A program made the position numbers and the translations under genes. Below the pieces are notes generated by a model. The model saw only the letters and a list, made by a program, of their open reading frames with translations, was not told where the DNA came from and did not search any database. From assembly GCF_016719755.1 (NCBI RefSeq), contig NZ_JADJYM010000004.1: a stretch of DNA of 64,000 nucleotides. One strand, given 5' to 3'. The DNA comes from Novosphingobium sp. GTDB lineage: Bacteria; Pseudomonadota; Alphaproteobacteria; Sphingomonadales; Sphingomonadaceae. Shown piece by piece: positions 9,155-18,409 of this stretch (position 1 is the stretch's first letter; every line of letters begins with the position of its first letter).

Positions 9155-10743
9155 TGTGCCGTGGCCGCCACGTCCTTGGCCCAGCGATAGTCCTGCTTGC
9201 CCGCAGGCGAACGCTTCACCTCGTTAACCCAGACCAGCGCCTTGGGCACCTTGTATCCGGCGAGGCGCTGCGTGAGGTAAGCCTTGATCTCCTCAAAGGC
9301 GGGCTCGGCCGCGCCTGCGCGGCGCGAGACCACGCCGATCACCCGCTCGCCCCAGCGTTCATCGCTTTGCCCGGCGACCACCGCGTCGAACACGCACGGA
9401 TGGGTGCGCAGCACCTCTTCGACTTCCTCGGGGAAGACCTTCTCCCCGCCGGTGTTGATGCAGGTGGAGCCGCGCCCGAACACGGTGATCATCCCGTCAT
9501 CGTCGAGCCGCCCGGCATCGCCCGACACCGCCCACAGCGTGCCGTCGATCGTCACGAAGGTCTCGGCGGTCTTTACCGGATCGCCGTAATAGCCGATCGG
9601 GGTGTTGCCGGTGCGGGCGATCAGGCCGGTTTCTCCAACTTGGGCCAGCCGCTTGCCATCCACCACGACCTGCTGGTTTGCGTTGGCGGGCAGGCGCATC
9701 ACGCCCTCCTCCGATTTCTCCGCCATGCCCGACATGCCGGTTTCGGATGAGCCAAGCCCGTCAGTGATGCTGGCGCTGGGCACCAGGGCCTTGAGATCGT
9801 CCTTGAGGTGCTGCGAGAATACCGCCCCGCCCGAACCCAGGTTGACCACGCGCGAGAGGTCCCAGCGCCCGGGATTGGCGCGCAGCGCATCGCGCAGCGG
9901 GGTTGCCATGGCATCGCCCACGAACTGGATCATGTTCGCGCCTTCACGCTCGGCCACATCGAAGATGTGTTCCGCATCGAAAGCGCGGCTTTCGTCGAGA
10001 ATGATCGTCACCCCGTTGAGCAGCGCGCTCCACACCGCCCACATCGCCGCCATGTGCATCAGCGGCGCAAGCGGGAACATCTTCAGCGGATAGCCATCGC
10101 GCGCGCGGCTTTCGATGTCCTGCGGCGCGGTCAGCGGCCCGTGCGGGTTGAAGTAGCCCGCCCCGCCCGCGCAGGCGAACACAAACGCCCGGTGGGGCCA
10201 CATCACACCCTTGGGCATTCCGGTGGTCCCGCCGGTGTAGCACAGCAGGTAGTCCGCTTCACTGCGCGGCCACGGCCCGCCAGGTTCATGCGCCAGCAGG
10301 TCGGCATAGGGCACCGATCCGGCGATGTCCGTGCCCGATCCGTCTTCCACCGCGACGGTCACTTTCAGCGTGGGCACTTCACCCCGCACTTCGCGCACGA
10401 TCGAGGCGAACTCAGCGCCATGAATGATCGCCTCGCTGTCGGCATTGGCGAACAGATAGCGCAGCTCGTCCGCGCGGTAGCGGTAGTTGACGTTATAGGG
10501 CACCGCGCCAAGCTTGCAGGCGGCGATGAACGCTTCGAGATAGGCCGGCCCGTTATGGAGATAGAGCCCGACCGCGCTGCCCCGACCCACGCCGTGCGCG
10601 GCAAGGCCCGCCGCCAGCCGGTCGGCACGTTCGCTGAGTTCGGCAAAGGTATGGCGCCCGCTGCTGCCGATCATGGCGATCCGGTCAGGCACGGTGCGGG
10701 CCACGGTTTCGAACAGGTCGGCAAGGTGGAACTGGCCGGCCAT
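9151..10743 (-). CDS. AMP-dependent acyl-CoA synthetase/ligase
   Basis: 530 aa with motif YTGGTTGMPKG. ATGA overlap with the downstream ligase at 9151-9154. Confidence 0.9.
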   Translation of the reverse strand: MAGQFHLADLFETVARTVPDRIAMIGSSGRHTFAELSERADRLAAGLAAHGVGRGSAVGLYLHNGPAYLEAFIAACKLGAVPYNVNYRYRADELRYLFANADSEAIIHGAEFASIVREVRGEVPTLKVTVAVEDGSGTDIAGSVPYADLLAHEPGGPWPRSEADYLLCYTGGTTGMPKGVMWPHRAFVFACAGGAGYFNPHGPLTAPQDIESRARDGYPLKMFPLAPLMHMAAMWAVWSALLNGVTIILDESRAFDAEHIFDVAEREGANMIQFVGDAMATPLRDALRANPGRWDLSRVVNLGSGGAVFSQHLKDDLKALVPSASITDGLGSSETGMSGMAEKSEEGVMRLPANANQQVVVDGKRLAQVGETGLIARTGNTPIGYYGDPVKTAETFVTIDGTLWAVSGDAGRLDDDGMITVFGRGSTCINTGGEKVFPEEVEEVLRTHPCVFDAVVAGQSDERWGERVIGVVSRRAGAAEPAFEEIKAYLTQRLAGYKVPKALVWVNEVKRSPAGKQDYRWAKDVAATAQ

Positions 10744-10744
10744 G

Positions 10745-11641
10745 TCAGTAGACCGCCGCCGGGTTCTTGGGGCGCGGGCTGCCCAGCATTTCGCGGTAGG
10801 AGGGACGTTCGCTCCCCCGGTCGGTCACGCCCAGTTCGCGCGCGATCTCCGCAGCGATCAGGGTCTGGCCGGACAGTTCGTCGCGGTTGGGCGCGGTCGA
10901 AATCGCATCGATGATGTGGGCTGTAAACTCGGGGTTTTCGGCCGTTTCGATGAAGCCCTCGTACTGCTCGGGATTGGTCTTTTGCGCGATCAGCGAACGT
11001 TCGGTGACCAGCGGTCCCATCCAGATCGACACCGCGATCACCCCGGTGCCGCGCAGATCGTGCTCCATGTCGTGAGCGAACTTGTCGATCCCGGCCTTCT
11101 GCGCGCCATAGGCCGGCCCGTGCATGTAGCACGACCCGCCGAACGACGATCCGAAGGCGATCGTGCCGCTGCCCTGGCGGACCATCATCCGCGCCGCATG
11201 CCAGCTGGCGACATAGGCCGAGCGCAAACCGACATCGAGGATCTTCACCGCGTCGAGGTCCTTCTCCCAGAAGGGCTTCTTCTCGATCAACTGGTGGTGG
11301 ATAAAGGTCGCGTTGTTGACCAGCACGTCGAGCCGGCCCTGCTCGCGCTCGATCCGCTCGAACAGCGCGGCAACCTGTGCGTCGTCGCCATGGTCGCACA
11401 TCACGGCAATGCCCTTGCCGCCCGCTGCGGTAACTTCGGCAGCGGTTTCGGCGACCGTTCCGGGCAGGACGGTCCCGTCCCAGCCCTTGGCATCGCCAGG
11501 CGCGACCGTGCGGCCGGTGACATAAACGGTATAGCCCAGTTCCCCGAAGCCGCGCGCGATTCCGCGCCCCGCGCCCCGGCTTGCCCCAGTAACCAGTGCA
11601 ACCTTTGCCGCCACCACCCGCTCTCCCTCGATTCGACGCAT
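10745..11641 (-). CDS. SDR-family oxidoreductase
   Basis: VTGASRGAGRGIA and YGAQKAGI. Start ATG 11641 (MRRIEGE) is preferred. The track ORF starts at TTG 11713 inside AT-rich non-coding-looking DNA. Confidence 0.8.
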   Translation of the reverse strand: MRRIEGERVVAAKVALVTGASRGAGRGIARGFGELGYTVYVTGRTVAPGDAKGWDGTVLPGTVAETAAEVTAAGGKGIAVMCDHGDDAQVAALFERIEREQGRLDVLVNNATFIHHQLIEKKPFWEKDLDAVKILDVGLRSAYVASWHAARMMVRQGSGTIAFGSSFGGSCYMHGPAYGAQKAGIDKFAHDMEHDLRGTGVIAVSIWMGPLVTERSLIAQKTNPEQYEGFIETAENPEFTAHIIDAISTAPNRDELSGQTLIAAEIARELGVTDRGSERPSYREMLGSPRPKNPAAVY

Positions 11642-11755
11642 TGACGCGCTCAATTTTCCAATAAACGATGATTTGCGAATTTCAAATAACATTATTCTAC
11701 GCAAATGCAGCAAGAACCCTCACGCCGCAGCCGTCACTGCGAAGCCATGATCCGG
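11642..11755 (-). promoter_or_regulatory. AT-rich promoter island B, with inverted ATTTGCG (11671-11677) / CGCAAAT (11700-11706) and exact TACGCAAAT (11698-11706)
   Basis: Read directly. It lies upstream of the first gene of an 8-gene minus-strand operon. Confidence 0.5.
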
Positions 11756-12457
11756 TCAGAACGCGTACTGCCCGGCCGGAATCACGTCGATCGTCCCGCG
11801 CTCGATGAAAGCGTCGCAGCTTTCCATCATCCGGTCGAGGTTGACCTTGAACTTCGCCGGATCGCTCGGCGCGTCGAAGAACGCCAGCGGATCGCACAGA
11901 GCGGCTTCGGGAAAGCATTCCTCCACCACGGCGGCATAGGGCGGGCAGTCCCCGGCAATCGGGCGAACGATCAGATTCTGGACATATTCGAAATTGGCCT
12001 GGGTCTCGATCGCCACCAGGGTATGCCGGTCCTGCCAGGCAGCCAGCCATGCCTGGTGAGAGAGCCTTTCGGGCCGGACCAGGAACGCCAGTTGCGCCCA
12101 GCCCGCCGTCCGCTCGCCCGGCACTGGCGGATGGGCCGTGTTGGCGATGATCGTCGATTCCGCCACCACCCAGCCGCACCAGCGCGGCCCCTGCGCGGCA
12201 AGCGCCGCGTCGACCTCGGCCCGGAACAGCGCGTTGGCACTGGGTAGCCAGAACTGGACCACCGCATCGTGCTGCACTTCCCCGCGCGACTGACGCAGGT
12301 GCGCGCCGCGCGCCGCAATCGCGTCCTCCAGATTGATCCGCAGGCCGCTTGCCCCCGCCGCCGCCAGCGCAGGCGGCAGGTTCGCCAGGAGGCGCGCATT
12401 GAACGCCGCGCGCTCCTCGGCGGGATCGCGCCAGATCAGGCAGATCAGCTTTTCCAT
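11756..12457 (-). CDS. Hypothetical protein, possible tandem EthD-like (dimeric alpha/beta-barrel) domains
   Basis: 233 aa. Two segments start like EthD proteins (KLICLIWRDPAEERAAF and AQLAFLVRPERLSHQAWLAAW). The assignment is by eye only. Confidence 0.4.
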   Translation of the reverse strand: MEKLICLIWRDPAEERAAFNARLLANLPPALAAAGASGLRINLEDAIAARGAHLRQSRGEVQHDAVVQFWLPSANALFRAEVDAALAAQGPRWCGWVVAESTIIANTAHPPVPGERTAGWAQLAFLVRPERLSHQAWLAAWQDRHTLVAIETQANFEYVQNLIVRPIAGDCPPYAAVVEECFPEAALCDPLAFFDAPSDPAKFKVNLDRMMESCDAFIERGTIDVIPAGQYAF

Positions 12458-13218
12458 CAGTCGAAATTCGCCTGCCCGCCATCAAGCGGGATCGTCGCGC
12501 CGGTGAGGTAGGCCATGTCGCTGGAGCACAGCGCCGCCACCGCGCGGCCGATGTCTTCCTCCAGCTTGCCGATCCGGCCCAGCGGGATGGTGCGGAAAAA
12601 CGCCTCGGCCTCTTCCGGGTTGTTGGCGATCCACCATTTGAGCCCCGGGCTTTCGGCGTGCGGCGCGATGGTGAGCACGCGAATGCCCTGCCGCCCCCAT
12701 TCCGCCGCCGCCGCCCGGGTCAGCACCCGGGTCGCCTGCTTGACCGCGCCGTAAGCGCCATAGCCGGTCATGTCCCAGCGGATCCCCGCCGAGGAGGCAA
12801 GGTTGACGATCACCCCGCCGCCGCGCGCCGCCATCAGCGGACGGGCGAGCTTCATCAGCCGGAAGGTGGCCAGCGGGCCGGATTCGAACCCGGCGATGAA
12901 CGCCTCGTCGCTGACATCCTCCAGCTTGCCATTGGGCACTTCCTGCGCGTTGTTGACCAGAATATCGAGCCCGCCGAAGTGTTCCACCGTGGCGGCGACC
13001 ATCGCCGCCAGGCTTGCCGCATCCTTGACATTGCCCGCCACCGGCAGCGCCTCGCCGCCGCGCTCCGCCACCAGCGCGCTGGTCGCTTCCAGCTTGACCA
13101 GGGTGCGCCCGGTCACCGCGACTTTCGCCCCGGCAGCCGCCAGGGCCAGGGCAATGCCCTGCCCCACCCCTTGCCCTGCGCCGGTCACCAGTGCCACCTT
13201 GCCGGAAAGATCGGTCAT
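12457..13218 (-). CDS. SDR-family oxidoreductase
   Basis: VTGAGQGVGQGIA and YGAVKQAT. Start ATG 13218 (MTDLSG) has GAGGA 6 nt upstream. There is a 1-nt stop/start overlap with the downstream gene. Confidence 0.9.
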   Translation of the reverse strand: MTDLSGKVALVTGAGQGVGQGIALALAAAGAKVAVTGRTLVKLEATSALVAERGGEALPVAGNVKDAASLAAMVAATVEHFGGLDILVNNAQEVPNGKLEDVSDEAFIAGFESGPLATFRLMKLARPLMAARGGGVIVNLASSAGIRWDMTGYGAYGAVKQATRVLTRAAAAEWGRQGIRVLTIAPHAESPGLKWWIANNPEEAEAFFRTIPLGRIGKLEEDIGRAVAALCSSDMAYLTGATIPLDGGQANFD

Positions 13219-13361
13219 ATCGCGTCCTCTACCCACTGGATTCGTAATTTGATCGTTATTGAATTACGCATTAGGTTGACATAGGCGCCATTACAACGTC
13301 AATTGCGTTTCGATTCCGGCTTCACAATTGCCGGACCATATCGAGGGAATCGGGAGCGGGC
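13219..13361. promoter_or_regulatory. AT-rich divergent promoter island C, with TTCGTAA (13241)...ATCGTT (13252)...TACGCATTA (13265-13273) and AATTGCGTT (13301-13309)
   Basis: Read directly, between divergent SDR genes. The ordered sub-motifs are shared with island E. Confidence 0.5.
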
Positions 13362-14135
13362 ATGAGCCAGGATCTGAGCGGCAGGGTAGCCATTGTCACC
13401 GGCGGAAGCGACGGCATCGGCCTCGCCACGGCGGCACTTTTGGCGCGGCGCGGCGCGCGGGTGGTAATCTGCGGCCGGCGGCAGGAACTGCTGGACAGCG
13501 CGAAGGCGCAGATCGAGGCCGAGGGCGGCCAGATCGAGGCGGTGCAGCTTGACGTTACCGACTTTCCCGCGTTCGAGGCGCTGATCGAGGATGTCGCCGC
13601 GCGCCATGGCCGGCTCGACATGCTGGTCAACAATGCCATGTCGACCCATTACGCCCCGATCAGCCGGCTGAAGCTGGACCACTGGCGCAAGGACTTTGCG
13701 GTCAATGCCGATGCCGTGTTCGTCGGCACCAAGGCGGCGATGAAGGTGATGGCGGCGCAGGGCAAGGGCTCGATCGTCAACATTTCCTCCACCACCGCGA
13801 TCCGCGCGATGGCCAACTATTCCAGCTATTCCGCCTCCAAGGCGGCGCTGATCCAGTTCACTGCCGTCGCGGCGATGGAAGGCGCGCGCCAGGGCGTGCG
13901 GGTCAACGCGATCGTGCCCGGGCAGGTCAACACCGCCGCCACGCTAGACTTCGCCACCAAGGCACCGGAACTCGCCGCCAAGACCGCCGAGGCAATCCCG
14001 ATGGGGCGCGGCGGACGGCCTGAGGAACTGGCCGAGGCGATCGTCTTCATGCTGTCGGATGCGGCCAGCTATATCACCGGGGTGGCACTGCCGGTCGATG
14101 GCGGCAAGTCGGTCCAGCTCTACATTCCGTCCTAA
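13362..14135 (+). CDS. SDR-family oxidoreductase
   Basis: VTGGSDGIGLAT and YSASKAAL. Confidence 0.9.
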   Translation: MSQDLSGRVAIVTGGSDGIGLATAALLARRGARVVICGRRQELLDSAKAQIEAEGGQIEAVQLDVTDFPAFEALIEDVAARHGRLDMLVNNAMSTHYAPISRLKLDHWRKDFAVNADAVFVGTKAAMKVMAAQGKGSIVNISSTTAIRAMANYSSYSASKAALIQFTAVAAMEGARQGVRVNAIVPGQVNTAATLDFATKAPELAAKTAEAIPMGRGGRPEELAEAIVFMLSDAASYITGVALPVDGGKSVQLYIPS

Positions 14136-14149
14136 GGGGATAAGTGGCG

Positions 14150-15844
14150 ATGAGCGGGAACTGGGACAAGGAAGTCGACGTCCTCGTCGTCGGTTCGGGC
14201 GCGGGCGGCATGCTGTCGGCGCTGGTCGCGGCGAAGAACCATGCCGACGTGCTGATCGTCGAAAAGGAAGCGCTATGGGGCGGCACCTCCGCCACTTCGG
14301 GCGCGGGCATCTGGATTCCGGCAAGCGACCAGGCCGCCGAAGCGGGCTTTCACGACAAGGTGGAGGACGCTTTCACCTATGTCCGCGCGCTGTCGGCGGA
14401 CAACGTGCCGGACGCAAACATCCGCGCCTATGTCGAGAACGCGGCCAGGATGCTGCGCTGGATGGGCGCCAATACTCCGCTGGAATACCACGCCTTTCCC
14501 TATCCCGATTACCACGCAGAGAATCCGGGCGGATCACCGACCGGCTATCGCACCCATATGCCGCTACCGCTGGACGGGCGCGCGCTGGGCGATGACGTGC
14601 GCACGCTGCGCTTCGCTTCGCCCGCCGCCTCGCTGTTCGGCTATCTCAACTGGCATTTCGACGAGACCTACATCCTGTTGTTTCGCGCCAAGGGCTGGTG
14701 GCTGCACCTGGCGAAAAGCCTGCTGCGCTATTGGCTGGACTGGCCGTTCCGCTTCACCTCGCGCAAGGACCGGCGGCTGACCCTGGGCAATGCCCTGGCG
14801 GGCGGCCTCAGGCTGGCGCTCAAGGAGGCGGGCGTGCCGCTGTGGCTGAAAAGCCCGCTCGAAGGGCTGGTCGAGGAAGAGGGCAAGGTCACCGGCGCGC
14901 TGGTCCGCCATCAGGGCAAGTTGCTGCGGATCGGCGCGCGCAAGGGCGTGGTGCTGGCCGCCGGCGGGTTCGACAAGAACCAGGCAATGCGCGACGAGCA
15001 CGCCCCGCTGTACCCCAAGGCGCTCTATTCCGGCGGCACCGGCGGCAACACCGGCGATGCGATCCGCGCGGGTCAGGAACTGGGCGCGGGCACGATGAAC
15101 ATGCAGTCGGCCTGGGCCGCGCCGGTGTTCTACGTGCCGGGCGAGGACCGGGGCCGCCTGTGCACCATCGAGCGCGCCCTGCCGGGCTGCATGATGGTCA
15201 GCCAGTCGGGCATGCGCTATCTCAACGAGGCCGCGTCCTATCACATCGTCGGCCAGCAGATGGCACGGCGCGAGCGCGAGCAGGGCGATGCCAGCCCCAG
15301 CTGGTTCGTGTTCGACCATACCTATCGCCACAGCTACCCGGTCGGCCCGGTCTATCCGCTGGTGCCCGACTGGGCCCAGAACGGGATGGTCAAGACAATC
15401 CTGAAGAAGGGCCGCACGATCGCCGAACTGGCCAGGGCAATGGGCGTCGACGCGGTCACGCTGGAAGCCACCGTCAGCCGCTTCAACCAGCACGCCGCCA
15501 AGGGCGAGGATCCCGATTTCCACCGCGGCGATGCGGCCTATGACAGGATGTATGGCGATCCGCGCGTCAGCCCCAATCCCTGCCTGCGCCCGCTGGACAA
15601 GGGACCGTTCTATGCCATGCCGATCTACCCCGGCGACATCGGCACCAACGGCGGCCTGACCACCGACGCAAGGGCGCGGGTGCTGGGCGCGGACGGCAAG
15701 CCGATCCCCGGGCTCTACGCCATCGGCAACAGCGCGGCATCAGCCATGGGCGAAAGCTATCCGGGCGCCGGGGTCACCATAGGGCCCGCGCTGACTTTCG
15801 GCTACATCGCCGCGCAGGACATGACCGGCAGCAACGCGGAGTAG
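14150..15844 (+). CDS. FAD-dependent dehydrogenase, KstD-like (3-oxosteroid 1-dehydrogenase family)
   Basis: FAD fold VDVLVVGSGAGGMLSALVAA...EKEALWGGTSATSGAGIWIP, about 564 aa. ATG 14150 is preferred (GGGGA 9 nt upstream). The track start GTG 14144 is also possible. Confidence 0.8.
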   Translation: MSGNWDKEVDVLVVGSGAGGMLSALVAAKNHADVLIVEKEALWGGTSATSGAGIWIPASDQAAEAGFHDKVEDAFTYVRALSADNVPDANIRAYVENAARMLRWMGANTPLEYHAFPYPDYHAENPGGSPTGYRTHMPLPLDGRALGDDVRTLRFASPAASLFGYLNWHFDETYILLFRAKGWWLHLAKSLLRYWLDWPFRFTSRKDRRLTLGNALAGGLRLALKEAGVPLWLKSPLEGLVEEEGKVTGALVRHQGKLLRIGARKGVVLAAGGFDKNQAMRDEHAPLYPKALYSGGTGGNTGDAIRAGQELGAGTMNMQSAWAAPVFYVPGEDRGRLCTIERALPGCMMVSQSGMRYLNEAASYHIVGQQMARREREQGDASPSWFVFDHTYRHSYPVGPVYPLVPDWAQNGMVKTILKKGRTIAELARAMGVDAVTLEATVSRFNQHAAKGEDPDFHRGDAAYDRMYGDPRVSPNPCLRPLDKGPFYAMPIYPGDIGTNGGLTTDARARVLGADGKPIPGLYAIGNSAASAMGESYPGAGVTIGPALTFGYIAAQDMTGSNAE

Positions 15845-15865
15845 GCCCGCCGCCTTCCCCCCAAA

Positions 15866-15886
15866 CCCCTCCCCGCCGGGGAGGGG
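15866..15886. repeat. Stem-loop CCCCTCCCC-gcc-GGGGAGGGG (9-bp stem); REP-like, possible bidirectional terminator
   Basis: Read directly, between convergent genes ending at 15844 and 15897. Confidence 0.6.
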
Positions 15887-15896
15887 CCATGCTTTC

Positions 15897-16520
15897 CTAG
15901 TCCGCCCGTACTTTCACCTTGGGCGCCGCCGCCCCGCGCCGCATCGTTTCCAGGAACTTTTCCAGCGGCGCAGGCTCCGCCACCGGGCCGCCGTGGTCGC
16001 CCGTCCGCGCCCAGAACTCGGCAAAGCTGGGGAACAGCTTGTGGAAGTTGCCCTCGCTCCATTCGGTGCCCGGCCAGCGCATCTTGGCATCACCGATCGG
16101 CGGCTTGTTGAGGTCGGTCGCGTACCAGTAGAGCGGCAGGCGCCGCGCAAAATACCAGCGCCCGTCCACCCGCACATAGTCGTCCGAATACATCATCTGC
16201 ATGATGACCCATTCGTCGCCGGTTTCGTGCTCGTTCTTGGAATAGACGATCCCGTGGGCATGGTCGGGATCGTCGAATTCGATCACGTGCCCGCCGATGT
16301 GGTGCGATGTGCCGGTGAAGGGGGAACGCAGCGTGCGGTCCATGTAGGCCCGCAGCGCCTGCCGACCCGAGGCATCCTTGCCGACGCGAACATCGGCGGG
16401 AAACAAGCTGACCATCGCGTCCATGTCGCGCATGTCGAGCGCGAGGGCGTATTTAGCGGGGAGCTGGCGGATCGCGTCGAGCGATTCCAGGCGGTCGATG
16501 CGGGCTTCAAGAGTGGTCAT
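15897..16520 (-). CDS. NTF2-like / SnoaL_4-type protein with C-terminal extension
   Basis: 207 aa. Signature RIDRLESLDAIRQLPAKYALALDMRDMDAMVSLF. The start overlaps the upstream stop as ATGA (16517-16520). Confidence 0.75.
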   Translation of the reverse strand: MTTLEARIDRLESLDAIRQLPAKYALALDMRDMDAMVSLFPADVRVGKDASGRQALRAYMDRTLRSPFTGTSHHIGGHVIEFDDPDHAHGIVYSKNEHETGDEWVIMQMMYSDDYVRVDGRWYFARRLPLYWYATDLNKPPIGDAKMRWPGTEWSEGNFHKLFPSFAEFWARTGDHGGPVAEPAPLEKFLETMRRGAAAPKVKVRAD

Positions 16521-18409
16521 GTTGTCGGCTCGTACCAGATGGGAGAGGTATAGGCGCGCTCCTGCGCGACCAGTGGAACTTCGCGCGGCAGCTTCAGGCC
16601 GTATCGCACCGCGTCATAGGCGACCCAGCGCGGGGTCGGAATCTCGATCACGCGCACGTAATAGAACGCGCGGGCACCCGGATCGAAGGCGGGATCGCGC
16701 CACACCGTCGTCAGTGCGGGCGCGCCGATGGTGTTGGCGTAGGACGGTTTCGACAGGTCGACGGTGTTGCCCACCGCCGGAACCTTGCCGCCGGAAACCT
16801 TGCGTGTTTCGGGCGAACTCCAGGTGACGTCGAACACCTGTTCGTGGCTGACGCCGCCCCGGTCGACCCAGCCCTTGACCACCTGCACCCGGTCGAGATT
16901 GGCGCCGATCGGATCCTTGAGCGCCGAGATCAGGAAAGCGGGCGCCCCGCCCTTGCGCGCGCCCAGCACGCCGCCCATCGGCACGCCGCGCGCGTAACCG
17001 GCCTTGACCCAGTCGCCGGACAGGTCGCTGCCCGAGAAGTCCCAGCCGCCGAAGACCCGCACGGTCATGCGCGGGCCGGTGGTGGCGTAGACCTCGCGCC
17101 GCGTCATCGCGTCGAACAGCGCCTCGCGCGTGTTGCCCCGCGCCCAGACCGCGGCATAGCCGCCCGCAAGGTATTGCCAGTTGTAGCGGCCCAGGTCCGA
17201 ACCCATGTCCATCGCCGGGGTGACGCGGTCCTTGCCCTGCGGCGTCGGTTCGTTGCCGGTGTGCTTGCCGAAGAAATTGTCCTCGTCCGCCGTGGCGAGG
17301 CCAGTGTGGCTGTCGGTCGATCCGATCAGGCCGAAGCGATAGGGGTTCACCCCGGTGCGGCTTTCGATCAGCAGCCCGCGCTTCAGCGCCTCGCGCACAT
17401 AGTTGCCGCCGTACATGTCGGGCGTAGTCGCCTGCCTGGCGTTGAGGTTGGCCTTGTCCCAGCCCTCCACGCCGAAGCCCGCAAACTCGTCGGTGGGGGA
17501 CAGGAACGGGTGCGCTTCGCTGTCGCCCTTGATCTGGGTGATCTCGACCAGCGGTTCGCGCGCGGCGCGGCGCCGGGCCTGGGCTGCGCTCATCGGCCCG
17601 CCGCCGGGGCCGGTAAGCTCGAACATCAGGCCATTGGAAACATTGCTGTTGTGGGGGATTGCCAGCACCCGGCCCTGCGTGCTGCGCTCGTAGCCTTCCA
17701 TGTAGGACCACAGGTCCTCAGGCTTCTCGCTGTACTGCGAAAGGTAAGGCATGACCTTGCCGGCCTTGTCCGCCCCGTCGCGGAACAACACGACACGGTG
17801 CAGGTTGTTGCCGCCGGGCATCGAGGTGTATTCGAACCCGATGAAGGCGGTGAACCGGCCCGGATCGTTGTAATCCTCAACCGTGCGCAGGTGCTGCTGC
17901 CAGATGTCGCGGCTGTCCTCGGCCAGCTTCTTCGGGTCGGCAAGGCCCTTGGCCTTCGGACTGCCGGCAAAGTCGATCATCTCGCCCATCGCCTTGGCGG
18001 ACTGCTCCGGCCCGGCGTTGAACATGTCGTGCCAGCGCTTCATCGTATCGTTGGGCAGCAGGAAGCGCGGGGCGTCGGCCAGTTGCTTGACGAAGCCCAG
18101 ACCGTCGGAATGATCCGCGATCACCAGGAAATCGAGCGGCCGGGCAAGCCGGGCCTTGACCCCCATGGTCGAGGTCACCTCCTCGCCCCGGGCAAAACGC
18201 AGCGCGTCGGCGGGCATCAGCCGGTTGCCGAACCCGAAGGCATCGGGCGAATTGGCCGAGTGGAGGTGGGTATCGCCCCAGTAGACCCGCTCCGGATAGG
18301 CGCTGAGCGTGACCTGCGAGGAGTCCTTAGGCATCGGCGGTCCGCGCAAGGCATCGCAGCCCGCCAGCGCGGCAAGCGTCAGCGCGAGTGCTGCCCGGGC
18401 GCCCCTCAT
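16517..18409 (-). CDS. DUF3604-like protein, predicted lipoprotein
   Basis: YWGDTHLHSANSPDAFGFG is the DUF3604/PHP-like signature as I recall it. The N-terminus MRGARAALALTLAALAGC carries the lipobox L-A-G-C. Start ATG 18409 overlaps the P450 stop as ATGA. Confidence 0.7.
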   Translation of the reverse strand: MRGARAALALTLAALAGCDALRGPPMPKDSSQVTLSAYPERVYWGDTHLHSANSPDAFGFGNRLMPADALRFARGEEVTSTMGVKARLARPLDFLVIADHSDGLGFVKQLADAPRFLLPNDTMKRWHDMFNAGPEQSAKAMGEMIDFAGSPKAKGLADPKKLAEDSRDIWQQHLRTVEDYNDPGRFTAFIGFEYTSMPGGNNLHRVVLFRDGADKAGKVMPYLSQYSEKPEDLWSYMEGYERSTQGRVLAIPHNSNVSNGLMFELTGPGGGPMSAAQARRRAAREPLVEITQIKGDSEAHPFLSPTDEFAGFGVEGWDKANLNARQATTPDMYGGNYVREALKRGLLIESRTGVNPYRFGLIGSTDSHTGLATADEDNFFGKHTGNEPTPQGKDRVTPAMDMGSDLGRYNWQYLAGGYAAVWARGNTREALFDAMTRREVYATTGPRMTVRVFGGWDFSGSDLSGDWVKAGYARGVPMGGVLGARKGGAPAFLISALKDPIGANLDRVQVVKGWVDRGGVSHEQVFDVTWSSPETRKVSGGKVPAVGNTVDLSKPSYANTIGAPALTTVWRDPAFDPGARAFYYVRVIEIPTPRWVAYDAVRYGLKLPREVPLVAQERAYTSPIWYEPTT

